A model generated the notes under the pieces. That model saw only the letters and a list, made by a program, of their open reading frames with translations. It ran no database searches and was not told the origin of the DNA. From the NCBI GenBank assembly GCA_001873065.1, contig MNYM01000002.1, positions 6,781 to 70,780 of the forward strand: 64,000 nucleotides of DNA, given 5' to 3'. Made by a program: the position numbers and the translations under genes. Source of the DNA: Flavobacteriaceae bacterium CG2_30_31_66 (GTDB lineage: Bacteria > Bacteroidota > Bacteroidia > Flavobacteriales > Flavobacteriaceae). Positions within the stretch are counted from its first letter, which is position 1; each line of letters starts with the position of its first letter. Below are positions 49,286 through 58,118 of this stretch, in pieces.

Positions 49286-49939
49286 ATGAGTATGATTTTA
49301 ATAGACAACGCAAAACATCAAGGACTTCGCAGACAATTAAAGACCGTTTTAAAAAACAAAGGTATTTTTGATGAACAAGTTTTGCACGCCATTGGTGTCA
49401 TTCCACGACATTGGTTTGTTGACTCAAGTTTTGAAGACCACGCTTATCAGGATAAAGCTTTTCCAATTGCCGCTGGTCAAACCATTTCTCAACCTTATAC
49501 AGTGGCTTTTCAATCGCAAACACTTCAGGTAAAAAAAGGAGAAAAAGTGTTAGAAATTGGCACTGGTTCTGGCTATCAAACAGCGGTTTTATTAGAATTA
49601 AAAGCAATCGTTTTCACGATTGAAAGACAAGTTGAATTGTTTAAAAAAGTTTCTTTATTTCTGCCAATGATAGGTTATAATCCAAAAAAATTTATTTTTG
49701 GTGATGGTTATAAAGGTTTGTTAGAAGAAGCTCCATTTGATAAAATTATTGTGACAGCTGGAGCGCCTTTTGTTCCAAAACCCTTGCTCTCTCAGCTAAA
49801 AGTAGGAGGAATGTTGTTGATTCCTGTTGGTAATCATACGCAAATTATGACGTTATTTATCAGAAAGTCAAACAAAGAATTTGAAAAGCATGAATTGGGA
49901 GATTTTGCTTTTGTTCCAATGCTTGAAGAAAAAAATTAG
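49286..49939 (+). CDS. pcm: Protein-L-isoaspartate O-methyltransferase
   Basis: AYQDKAFPI, QTISQPY, LEIGTGSGYQ, APFDKIIVTAG, FVPM. Confidence 0.95.
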   Translation: MSMILIDNAKHQGLRRQLKTVLKNKGIFDEQVLHAIGVIPRHWFVDSSFEDHAYQDKAFPIAAGQTISQPYTVAFQSQTLQVKKGEKVLEIGTGSGYQTAVLLELKAIVFTIERQVELFKKVSLFLPMIGYNPKKFIFGDGYKGLLEEAPFDKIIVTAGAPFVPKPLLSQLKVGGMLLIPVGNHTQIMTLFIRKSNKEFEKHELGDFAFVPMLEEKN

Positions 49940-49999
49940 GGTTTTTTATGTTTTCAAATTAAAAAATTATAAATCTATTCTTACAATTTTATATTTACT

Positions 50000-51064
50000 T
50001 TACAACACTTTTTCTAACAACGCTATATAAATTGCAATGCCTTCTTCAATTTCGGCAATATAAATAAATTCGTCAGCAGAATGTGAGCGTGTGCTATCAC
50101 CAGGACCCAATTTTAACGATTGGCAACTCAATACAGATTGATCAGATAATGTTGGTGAGCCATAGGTTTTTCTTCCAATAGCAATTCCAGCTTTAACCAA
50201 TTCGTGATCTGCAGAAATAGAGGAAGAGTTGAGTCGTAAACTTCGAGGTACAATTTTGGAACAAGGTGCTTTTTCTTGCAAAATTGAAGCAATTTCCTGA
50301 TTTGAATAGGCATCATTCACGCGAACATCAATCACTAAATCTACATGTGCCGGAACTACATTGTGCTGTTTTCCTGCATTGATTTGGGTAACTGTCATTT
50401 TTACTTCACCCAAAGTTGTAGAATTTTTTTCAAATTTAAAATCCTTAAACCATTGCAACACTTCAATAGTTTTATAAATCGCATTATCGCTATTTGGATG
50501 GGCAGCGTGACTTGGAGTACCTTCAACAACTGCATCAAAAACAACCAAGCCTTTTTCTGCAACTGCCAGGTTCATCAAAGTTGGTTCGCCAATAATTGCA
50601 ACATCAATTTTTGGAATAATAGATAACATACTATTCAAACCGTTTTCGCCACTACTTTCCTCTTCTGCAGAAGCTACAATCACAAGATTGTATTTTAAAT
50701 TTCTTTGATGATAAAAATAGGTAAAAGTGGCAATCAATGAAACCAAACAACCCCCTGCGTCATTGCTCCCTAAACCAAATAATTTTCCATTTTCAACAAT
50801 CGCTTTAAAAGGATTTTTAGTAAAAGCTGAATTTGGTTTTACAGTATCATGATGAGAGTTTAGCAGTAAAGTTGGTTTGCTATCATCAAAATAGTTGTTC
50901 ATAGCCCAAATATTATTTCTAGATCTTTGGTAAGGAATTTCAAACTGCTTGAACCAATTTTCAATTAAAAGGGCTGTTTGATCTTCTTCAGCAGAAAAAG
51001 ACGGAGTTTCAATCAACTTTTTTAAAAGCGAAATTGCTTCGATAGTTAGTTTTTTGAGTTCCAT
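50000..51064 (-). CDS. argE: M20 family N-acyl-ornithine/citrulline deacylase (ArgE-like)
   Basis: NSHHDTV, GLGSND, EEE, GEPT, SHAAH, HSADE; last gene of the arg operon. Confidence 0.85.
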   Translation of the reverse strand: MELKKLTIEAISLLKKLIETPSFSAEEDQTALLIENWFKQFEIPYQRSRNNIWAMNNYFDDSKPTLLLNSHHDTVKPNSAFTKNPFKAIVENGKLFGLGSNDAGGCLVSLIATFTYFYHQRNLKYNLVIVASAEEESSGENGLNSMLSIIPKIDVAIIGEPTLMNLAVAEKGLVVFDAVVEGTPSHAAHPNSDNAIYKTIEVLQWFKDFKFEKNSTTLGEVKMTVTQINAGKQHNVVPAHVDLVIDVRVNDAYSNQEIASILQEKAPCSKIVPRSLRLNSSSISADHELVKAGIAIGRKTYGSPTLSDQSVLSCQSLKLGPGDSTRSHSADEFIYIAEIEEGIAIYIALLEKVL

Positions 51065-51841
51065 TTATAGTGTAATTTTTGTAAAGTTTTCGTTTTCTTT
51101 AGTTAAAATAGTTGTATTTCCCATAAAAACAGCATGAACGCCATTTTTTAGAGCATCAAAACAATTTTCAAGTTTTGGCAACATTCCATCAGCAATAATT
51201 CCTTCGTTTAATAAATTTTTATAACTAGCAGCATTGATGTGTTTTATAACCGAATTTTTATCATTGATATCCTCCAAAACACCATTCAATTCAAAACAAT
51301 AATAAATACTTGTTTCGTAATTTTTACTCATTCCAATGGCAATTTGACTCGTAATAGTATCTGCATTTGTGTTTAATAATTGTCCATTTCCATCATGTGT
51401 AATAGCACAAAAAACAGGCGTAAAATCATGATTTATCAACACTTCAATAGCTTGGTTATTAACATTTTTCACATCACCTACAAAACCATAATCAACCTCT
51501 TTTACAGGTCTTTTTGAAGACAAAATACAATTTCCGTCAGCACCAGACAAACCAATACAATTGGTGTTTAATGATTGCAATTTAGCTACTATATTTTTAT
51601 TGACCAGACCACCATAAACCATTGTAATTACCTCTAATGTTTCAGCATCAGTAATCCTTCTTCCATTGGTCATTTTAGATGTTATTCCTAATTTAGTAGA
51701 CATTTGTGACGCTTTTTTTCCTCCACCATGAACTAATAATTTCTTTCCTTTTATTTTTGAAAATAAATGAAGAAAATTATTCAAAGCATTTTCATCTTCA
51801 ATGATATTTCCACCGATTTTGATGATTGACAGTTTTTCCAT
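51065..51841 (-). CDS. argB: N-acylglutamate kinase
   Basis: IKIGG, VHGGG, GRRITD, LNTNAD, GMLPK. Confidence 0.94.
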   Translation of the reverse strand: MEKLSIIKIGGNIIEDENALNNFLHLFSKIKGKKLLVHGGGKKASQMSTKLGITSKMTNGRRITDAETLEVITMVYGGLVNKNIVAKLQSLNTNCIGLSGADGNCILSSKRPVKEVDYGFVGDVKNVNNQAIEVLINHDFTPVFCAITHDGNGQLLNTNADTITSQIAIGMSKNYETSIYYCFELNGVLEDINDKNSVIKHINAASYKNLLNEGIIADGMLPKLENCFDALKNGVHAVFMGNTTILTKENENFTKITL

Positions 51842-51865
51842 TTTTCCTCTTTTTTGACAAGGAGT

Positions 51866-52819
51866 TTAAACCCTTTGCTGTATTTGCAATTCTAATATTT
51901 TTTTCAACACCAATTGCGCAGCAAAAGTTCGATTATTGGCCTGCTGAATTACCAACGAATTTTCAGAATCTAACACAGCATCTTCAACGACCACATTTCT
52001 TCTGACAGGCAAACAATGCATGAATTTTGCATCCCCAATTTTTTCTTTGGTAATCATCCAATCAGGACTTGTATTTAAAATTTGTCCATACGAATCGTAG
52101 GAACTCCAATTTTTAGCATATACAAAATCTGCATTTTTTAGAGCTTCTTTTTGATCGTGAATAATAGAAATTTCTTTGGTAATCGTTTTGTTCAAATCAT
52201 AACCTTCAGGATTTGTAATCACAAAATCAACATTCATTTTTTGCATGGCTTCCACAAAACTATTTGGGACTGCATGAGGCAACGCTTTTACGTGAGGCGC
52301 CCAAGACAAAACCACTTTGGGTCTTTTTTTGGTTGAATTTTCAGCAATAGTAATGGCATCGGTTAAGCCTTGCAAAGGATGACTTGTAGCGCTTTCCATA
52401 TTGATAATTGGTACAGAAGCGTATTTCATAAATGCGTTTAAAACCTGTTCATTTTCGTCTTTTGCTTTGTCTTTCAACGTTGGAAATGCACGAATTGCAA
52501 TCACATCACAATATTGAGAAACCACAGCAGCAGCTTCTTTGATATGCTCAGCAGTGGCGCCATTCATGATACTTCCATTTTCGAATTCAATTCCCCATGC
52601 ATCTTCAGAAACGTTCATGACAATAGTTTTCATTCCTAAATTCAACGCTGCTTTTTGAGTACTCAAACGTGTCCGTAAACTCGAATTGAAAAACAATAGA
52701 CCCAATGTTTTGTTCTTGCCTAATTTTTTATTTTTTAAGGGATTTTCCTTTATTTTTTTAGCTTCTTTAATCCAAGAGTGGATATCAGAAATGTCTTGAA
52801 TAGCCGTGAAGTGCTTCAT
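51866..52819 (-). CDS. argF: N-acyl-ornithine carbamoyltransferase (ArgF'), predicted N-succinylornithine-specific
   Basis: SLRT, HPLQ, HCLP; AOTC/SOTC-type segments GSIMNGATAEH and WAPH. Confidence 0.88.
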   Translation of the reverse strand: MKHFTAIQDISDIHSWIKEAKKIKENPLKNKKLGKNKTLGLLFFNSSLRTRLSTQKAALNLGMKTIVMNVSEDAWGIEFENGSIMNGATAEHIKEAAAVVSQYCDVIAIRAFPTLKDKAKDENEQVLNAFMKYASVPIINMESATSHPLQGLTDAITIAENSTKKRPKVVLSWAPHVKALPHAVPNSFVEAMQKMNVDFVITNPEGYDLNKTITKEISIIHDQKEALKNADFVYAKNWSSYDSYGQILNTSPDWMITKEKIGDAKFMHCLPVRRNVVVEDAVLDSENSLVIQQANNRTFAAQLVLKKILELQIQQRV

Positions 52820-53943
52820 GATAATTCACTTTTTAGTGCATTCATAAAAATATCAATGTGCTTTTTTTGAATGGTTAATGGCGGTAAAATTCTTATAACA
52901 TATTGATTTTTAGCATTTCCTGTAAAAATATGATGTGTATTGATTAGATTCTTTCTAAGTTCAGCAATCGGAAAATCAAATTCCAAACCCAACATCAAAC
53001 CACGACCTTTGATTCTTTTTACTTGAGGAATTTCTTGCACTTTTTCAATAAAATAGTGAGACATATTTCTCGCATTTTCCATCAATTTTTCTTCTTCAAT
53101 CACATTTAAAACACTTAAAGAGGCTGCACAAGCCAAATGATTTCCGCCAAAAGTTGTTCCTAACAAACCAAAAGATGCTTTGATATGCTTGTGAATCAAA
53201 ATACCACCTACGGGAAATCCATTGCCCATTCCTTTTGCCATTGAAATAATATCAGGAGTTACGTTGTATTTATGGAATGCAAAAAAATTGCCTGTTCTTC
53301 CAAATCCTGATTGCACTTCATCCGCAATAAAACATGCGCCATATTTTTTGCAAAGAGTATCAATTCCCTCATAAAATTCGGTAGTACTTTCATCCAAACC
53401 ACCAACTCCTTGAATACATTCAATAATTACTGCGCAAACATCATTTTTTGAAAGTGCATTTTCTAGTGCTACTAAATCACCCAAAGGCAAAATTTCTACT
53501 TCTTGCTGCGCGTTCAAAGGCGCAATAATTTTTGCATCATCAGTAGCAGCAACAGCCGCTGAAGTTCGTCCATGAAAACTATTTTTGAAAGCAATAATTT
53601 TTTTCTTGTTAGTATGAAATGATGCTAATTTTAGTGCGTTTTCATTGGCTTCAGCACCAGAATTGCACATAAACAATTCATAATCAATGCAACAAGAAAG
53701 TTGTGCTAACTTTTCTGACAATGCTTCTTGTAAAGGATTTTGAATAGAATTGCTATAAAATCCCAGATTTGCTACTTGATGACTCACAGCTTCCACATAT
53801 TTTGGATGTGAATGTCCAATTGAAATCACTGCATGACCTCCATATAAATCCAAATATTCAACACCTTTGTCATCATACACAAAAACATCTTTTGCCTTAA
53901 CAGGAGTGATGTCAAACAAAGGATAAACATTAAACAAACTCAT
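52816..53943 (-). CDS. argD: N-acyl-ornithine aminotransferase (class III PLP enzyme)
   Basis: NSGAEANE, FHGRT, DEVQSG.GRTG, AKGMGNG. Confidence 0.92.
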   Translation of the reverse strand: MSLFNVYPLFDITPVKAKDVFVYDDKGVEYLDLYGGHAVISIGHSHPKYVEAVSHQVANLGFYSNSIQNPLQEALSEKLAQLSCCIDYELFMCNSGAEANENALKLASFHTNKKKIIAFKNSFHGRTSAAVAATDDAKIIAPLNAQQEVEILPLGDLVALENALSKNDVCAVIIECIQGVGGLDESTTEFYEGIDTLCKKYGACFIADEVQSGFGRTGNFFAFHKYNVTPDIISMAKGMGNGFPVGGILIHKHIKASFGLLGTTFGGNHLACAASLSVLNVIEEEKLMENARNMSHYFIEKVQEIPQVKRIKGRGLMLGLEFDFPIAELRKNLINTHHIFTGNAKNQYVIRILPPLTIQKKHIDIFMNALKSELS

Positions 53944-54740
53944 ATTTGTTCTTTTTTTATGTTGTTAATTTTATTGAATGAGGCTACCATTCCATGAATC
54001 AAAGACGAACTCAATCCTTTGTGTTCCATTTCGTTCAAACCTTCAATAGTGCAACCTTTTGGAGTGGTTACCTTATCTATTTCTTCCTCTGGATGATTGC
54101 CATTTACAATCAATAAATTGGCAGCACCTTCGCAAGTAAACATTGCCAATTCTTGGGCTTCTTTTGCATCAAAACCCAATTGAATGGCGGCTTGTGTAGT
54201 TGCTCTAATCAAACGCATCCAAAAAGCAACACCACTTGCGCAAACTACAGTTGCAGCTTGCATTTGATTTTCTGGAATTGTCAATGAATGTCCTAATCTG
54301 TTAAAAATCGCTTCTGCAATTTTAATCCTGTTTTTTCCTTGTTCATTGCTACACAAACAGGTCATTGATTTTCCAACTGCAATCGCAGTATTTGGCATTG
54401 CTCTAATGATAAAAGTCTCTTTTCCAACAGTTTCCTCGATTTTTGAAATTCCAAAACCTGTCACTGTCGAAATAAGCACATGTTTGTTTGTTAAAAAAGG
54501 CGTAATTTCTTGTAAAATCTTCTCTAAATGAGCAGGTTGCACAGCCAAAATTAAAATATCTGAGTTCTGAACAACTTCTTTATTGTCAGTTGTTAAAAAC
54601 ACATTTTTGTACCCGTCAAATTCAGAAATACTCCCCAAATTTCGTCTTGAAAGGTATAAAGTTGTGATGGCATTGTCAATAATGAGCCCTTTTGCGATGG
54701 ATTTTCCTAAATTTCCAGTACCTATAATTGCTATTTTCAT
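53940..54740 (-). CDS. proC: Pyrroline-5-carboxylate reductase
   Basis: GTGNLG, RAMPN, VTTPKGCTIEG. Confidence 0.94.
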   Translation of the reverse strand: MKIAIIGTGNLGKSIAKGLIIDNAITTLYLSRRNLGSISEFDGYKNVFLTTDNKEVVQNSDILILAVQPAHLEKILQEITPFLTNKHVLISTVTGFGISKIEETVGKETFIIRAMPNTAIAVGKSMTCLCSNEQGKNRIKIAEAIFNRLGHSLTIPENQMQAATVVCASGVAFWMRLIRATTQAAIQLGFDAKEAQELAMFTCEGAANLLIVNGNHPEEEIDKVTTPKGCTIEGLNEMEHKGLSSSLIHGMVASFNKINNIKKEQI

Positions 54741-54749
54741 GTGATTTTT

Positions 54750-55727
54750 TTAAAAATAATTGGCTTTGATATTTAATCCTAAAGTTTCTTGAAAGCCAAA
54801 CATCAAATTCATGTTTTGAATTGCTTGACCTGAAGCACCTTTTAATAAATTATCTATAATACTTGTTATCAATAATTTATTATTCTTTTTTTCTAAATGC
54901 AATAAACATTTATTGGTGTTAACTACCTGTTTTAAATGCAGTTCATTTTCAGAAATAAATGTAAAAGTAGCCTCTTTATAATAGTTTTGATACATTTCTT
55001 TTGCATCCTCTATGTTTCCTTTATATTTTGTATAAATCGTTGCAAAAATTCCTCTTGAAAAATTTCCTCTATTTGGAATAAAATTAATTTCTGATGAAAA
55101 TTGCGGTTGTAGTTGTTGAACTGTTTGATTAATTTCATCTAAATGTTGGTGCGAAAAAGCTTTGTAATGTGAGAAATTGTTATCCCTCCAAGGAAAATGA
55201 GATGTTGCTGAAACTAATGTTCCTGCTCCTGTAGCACCAGTTACAGCATGAATATGAATATCATCAAATAGTAAATGATTGGCAGCTAATGGCAAAATAG
55301 CTAACTGCAAAGCTGTTGCAAAACAACCAGGATTTGCAATGTGTTTGGCAGATTTTATTTTTTCTTTTTGAAGTTCTGGCAAACCATAAACGAAGTCTTT
55401 TCCATCGAAATTTTGATTCAATTCCAATCTAAAATCGTTACTTAAATCAATAATTCTCGTGTTTTCTGAAAACGAATTTTCTCCTAAAAATGTAATTGAA
55501 TTTCCATGTCCTAAACATAAAAATAAGACATCAACTCTTGGATTTATTTTATTAGTAAATTCAATTTCAGTATCACCCAACAAATCTTGATGCACGTCAT
55601 AAATTTTATTTCCTGCGTTGGAGGTGCTGTACACAAAATTAATTTCAGCTTTTGGATGGTGTAACAGCAAACGAATGAGTTCGCCAGCTGTATATCCTGC
55701 ACCACCTATAATTCCAACTTGAATCAT
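54750..55727 (-). CDS. argC: N-acyl-gamma-glutamyl-phosphate reductase
   Basis: GGAGYTAGEL, YGLPE, ANPGCF, DNLLKGASGQA. Confidence 0.96.
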   Translation of the reverse strand: MIQVGIIGGAGYTAGELIRLLLHHPKAEINFVYSTSNAGNKIYDVHQDLLGDTEIEFTNKINPRVDVLFLCLGHGNSITFLGENSFSENTRIIDLSNDFRLELNQNFDGKDFVYGLPELQKEKIKSAKHIANPGCFATALQLAILPLAANHLLFDDIHIHAVTGATGAGTLVSATSHFPWRDNNFSHYKAFSHQHLDEINQTVQQLQPQFSSEINFIPNRGNFSRGIFATIYTKYKGNIEDAKEMYQNYYKEATFTFISENELHLKQVVNTNKCLLHLEKKNNKLLITSIIDNLLKGASGQAIQNMNLMFGFQETLGLNIKANYF

Positions 55728-56908
55728 AATTCTTCTTTATTTACTTGCTGATATATTTTGTTCTGATTACCCAAAATTTTGATAAAACCTTTGGCATCAT
55801 CAGCTGTCCAAACTTTATTTTCTTCACCATAACTTCCAAATTTTGCATTCATCAAATCATGAGGAGAGGAAACGCCATCAAGCGTAAAATGATAAGGTTT
55901 TAGCGTTACAAAAACACTTCCAGAAACATTTTTTTGACTGCTTTCTAAAAAAGCTTCTATATTTCTCATTACAGGATCCAAATATTGACCTTCATGTAAA
56001 TGCATTCCATAAAAACTTGCCAAATATTCTTTGTGTTGCAATTGCCATTTGGTGAGCGTGTGTTTTTCTAATAAATGATGCGCTTTTATAGTAATCAATG
56101 CAGCTGCCGCTTCAAAACCAACTCTTCCTTTGATTCCAACAATGGTGTCTCCCACATGAATATCTCTTCCAATGGCATATTTTGTAGCAAACAAATTCAA
56201 CAATTCAATACATTTTTCAGGGTCATCAATTTTGCCATTTACAGCAACCAAATGTCCTTTATTAAAAGTCAATACCACTTTTTGATATCCTTCTTTTTCC
56301 AATTGAGACGGATAGGCACTTTCTGGTAAAGGCATTGTTGAAGTAAGCGTTTCTTCACCGCCAACACTAGTTCCCCACAAACCTTTATTGATAGAATATT
56401 TTGCTTTTTCCCAAGGCATGTTGATTCCTTCAGATTTCAAATAATCTATTTCTTGTTGTCTTGTTAATTTTTCATCTCTGATAGGAGTGATGATGGTAAT
56501 ATGTGGCGCCAAAGTTTGAAAAATCATATCAAAACGCACTTGGTCATTTCCTGCACCTGTACTTCCATGCGCAATAAAGTCGGCTTTGATACTTTTGGCA
56601 TATTCAATAATTTCAATGGCTTGAATGATGCGTTCAGCACTTACTGACAAGGGATAAGTATTATTTTTCAATACATTTCCATATACCAAATATTTCACTA
56701 CTTTTTGATAAAAAGAGGAAACAGCATCAATACATTTATAATTAGAAACGCCCATTTTGTAAGCATTTTTCTCAATATTTTTGATATCTTCTTCTTTAAA
56801 ACCGCCTGTATTTACGGTAACAGCATGAACCTTATATTTTTTTGATAATTTAACAGCGCAATACGAAGTATCTAAACCCCCACTATAAGCGATTACTAAT
56901 TTTTTCAT
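55724..56908 (-). CDS. argG: Argininosuccinate synthase
   Basis: AYSGGLDTS, HGSTGAGNDQVRF, IVGIKGR. Confidence 0.96.
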   Translation of the reverse strand: MKKLVIAYSGGLDTSYCAVKLSKKYKVHAVTVNTGGFKEEDIKNIEKNAYKMGVSNYKCIDAVSSFYQKVVKYLVYGNVLKNNTYPLSVSAERIIQAIEIIEYAKSIKADFIAHGSTGAGNDQVRFDMIFQTLAPHITIITPIRDEKLTRQQEIDYLKSEGINMPWEKAKYSINKGLWGTSVGGEETLTSTMPLPESAYPSQLEKEGYQKVVLTFNKGHLVAVNGKIDDPEKCIELLNLFATKYAIGRDIHVGDTIVGIKGRVGFEAAAALITIKAHHLLEKHTLTKWQLQHKEYLASFYGMHLHEGQYLDPVMRNIEAFLESSQKNVSGSVFVTLKPYHFTLDGVSSPHDLMNAKFGSYGEENKVWTADDAKGFIKILGNQNKIYQQVNKEEL

Positions 56909-57522
56909 TTTTTATCTTTTTTTAAGAACAAGTTTTGTTTCATGTTTTTCAATCTATAAAAAACCTTTTCTTTTATTTTTTTTGGAGCTTCTTTTGATTG
57001 GTTATTTGAATCATATAGCATGCCTGTGCACAAGCACATTTTTCTGTTGGTTCTTGTCAAAACATCATAGTTGACGCAGGTTTGACAACCATCCCAAAAG
57101 GTTTGATCGTCTGTTAATTCTGAGAATGTAACAGGTTTATAACCCAAACTTGTGTTAAGTTTCATCACAGCCAAACCAGTTGTGATACTAAAAATTTTAG
57201 CATCAGGAAATTTGGTTCTTGAATGATCAAAAACAACTTGCTTTATTTTTTTTGACAATCCCAAACCACGATAATCAGGATGAACAATCAATCCTGAGTT
57301 GGCTACGAATTTTCCATGTCCCCATTGTTCGATGTAACAAAATCCGGCAAATTTTTCATCATCTAAAGCAATAACTGCGTTGCCATTTTCCATTTTAGTG
57401 GCAATATATTCTGGTTTACGCTTTGCAATTCCTGTGCCTCTTACTTTTGCAGCATCTTCAATAGTTTTGCAAATAATTTCTGCGTATGCAATATGAGTTT
57501 TATCAGCAATGACAATTTTCAT
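56905..57522 (-). CDS. argA: GNAT N-acyltransferase, Bacteroidota-type N-acylglutamate synthase
   Basis: GNAT motif A (VHPDYRGLGLS); first gene of the arg operon; SAxxRGTGIAKR-like N-terminus. The ArgA role is inferred from context. Confidence 0.7.
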   Translation of the reverse strand: MKIVIADKTHIAYAEIICKTIEDAAKVRGTGIAKRKPEYIATKMENGNAVIALDDEKFAGFCYIEQWGHGKFVANSGLIVHPDYRGLGLSKKIKQVVFDHSRTKFPDAKIFSITTGLAVMKLNTSLGYKPVTFSELTDDQTFWDGCQTCVNYDVLTRTNRKMCLCTGMLYDSNNQSKEAPKKIKEKVFYRLKNMKQNLFLKKDKK

Positions 57523-57613
57523 TGAAATTGAATTTTTAGTTTAAAAAATAGTTAAAGGTCGATTTTTGAGAGTAGAATTGGACTCACCTAATTCTGTAAA
57601 CGTAAACAAACCC

Positions 57614-57706
57614 CTAAGGGCGTGTGACAAACTGACTAGAAATTGTAACATTGTTATTGTGTAAAATAACTTGAAAATGTTGATGAGCTTTGGTTGATTG
57701 TTTCAT
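57614..57706 (-). CDS. Putative arg-operon leader peptide (30 aa)
   Basis: Manual translation MKQSTKAHQHFQVILHNNNVTISSQFVTRP*; sole Arg (CGC) is penultimate; below the ORF-track cutoff. Confidence 0.45.
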   Translation of the reverse strand: MKQSTKAHQHFQVILHNNNVTISSQFVTRP

Positions 57707-58013
57707 GAAAAAAATAAAAAATTAGTAAACTTGAATAGCATAGATCTTTTAATAAAGATTAACAGCGTTTGCATAGCAAACGCAAACTGGGTACTATTGA
57801 AGAGTAAATTTTATTTTTAAAAATTCTAATCATAAAGTAAAAGTATATATTTTTTAAAACTTAATATAAAAAATACACTGTTATTTTATCATTTTTATCA
57901 AATTATAAATATTATCAGATTTTAATTATCATATTAATAAATAAATCCTTTATAAATAATTTATCAATAATGAATGATATGTCTTTAAGGTGTGTTCTCT
58001 TAAGTTTTAGGAG

Positions 58014-58046
58014 ATGACAATTCATCCTCAAAAAATGACAGTTCAG
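58014..58046 (+). promoter_or_regulatory. LytTR-type direct-repeat binding site
   Basis: ACAATTCAT (58017-58025) + 12 bp + ACAGTTCAG (58038-58046); both are preceded by ATG. Confidence 0.75.
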
Positions 58047-58118
58047 TAAGATTCAATTTATCTAACTGAAATCTTGTAGCATTTTTGTGGCATCATTAAT
58101 CTTAAAAACATAAAAATT

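Noticed and set aside
57541-57651. Alternative 36-aa uORF (MLQFLVSLSHALRGLFTFTELGESNSTLKNRPLTIF*) in the arg leader
   Set aside because: It has a better A-rich start context, but its Arg codons are not placed at a structural switch and its stop is not tied to the hairpin. Ranked below the RP* frame; not excluded without conservation data.
57720-57990. ArgR ARG boxes
   Set aside because: TGAAT half-sites (about 57732 and 57971) lack the matching ATTCA half, and there is no argR in the window.
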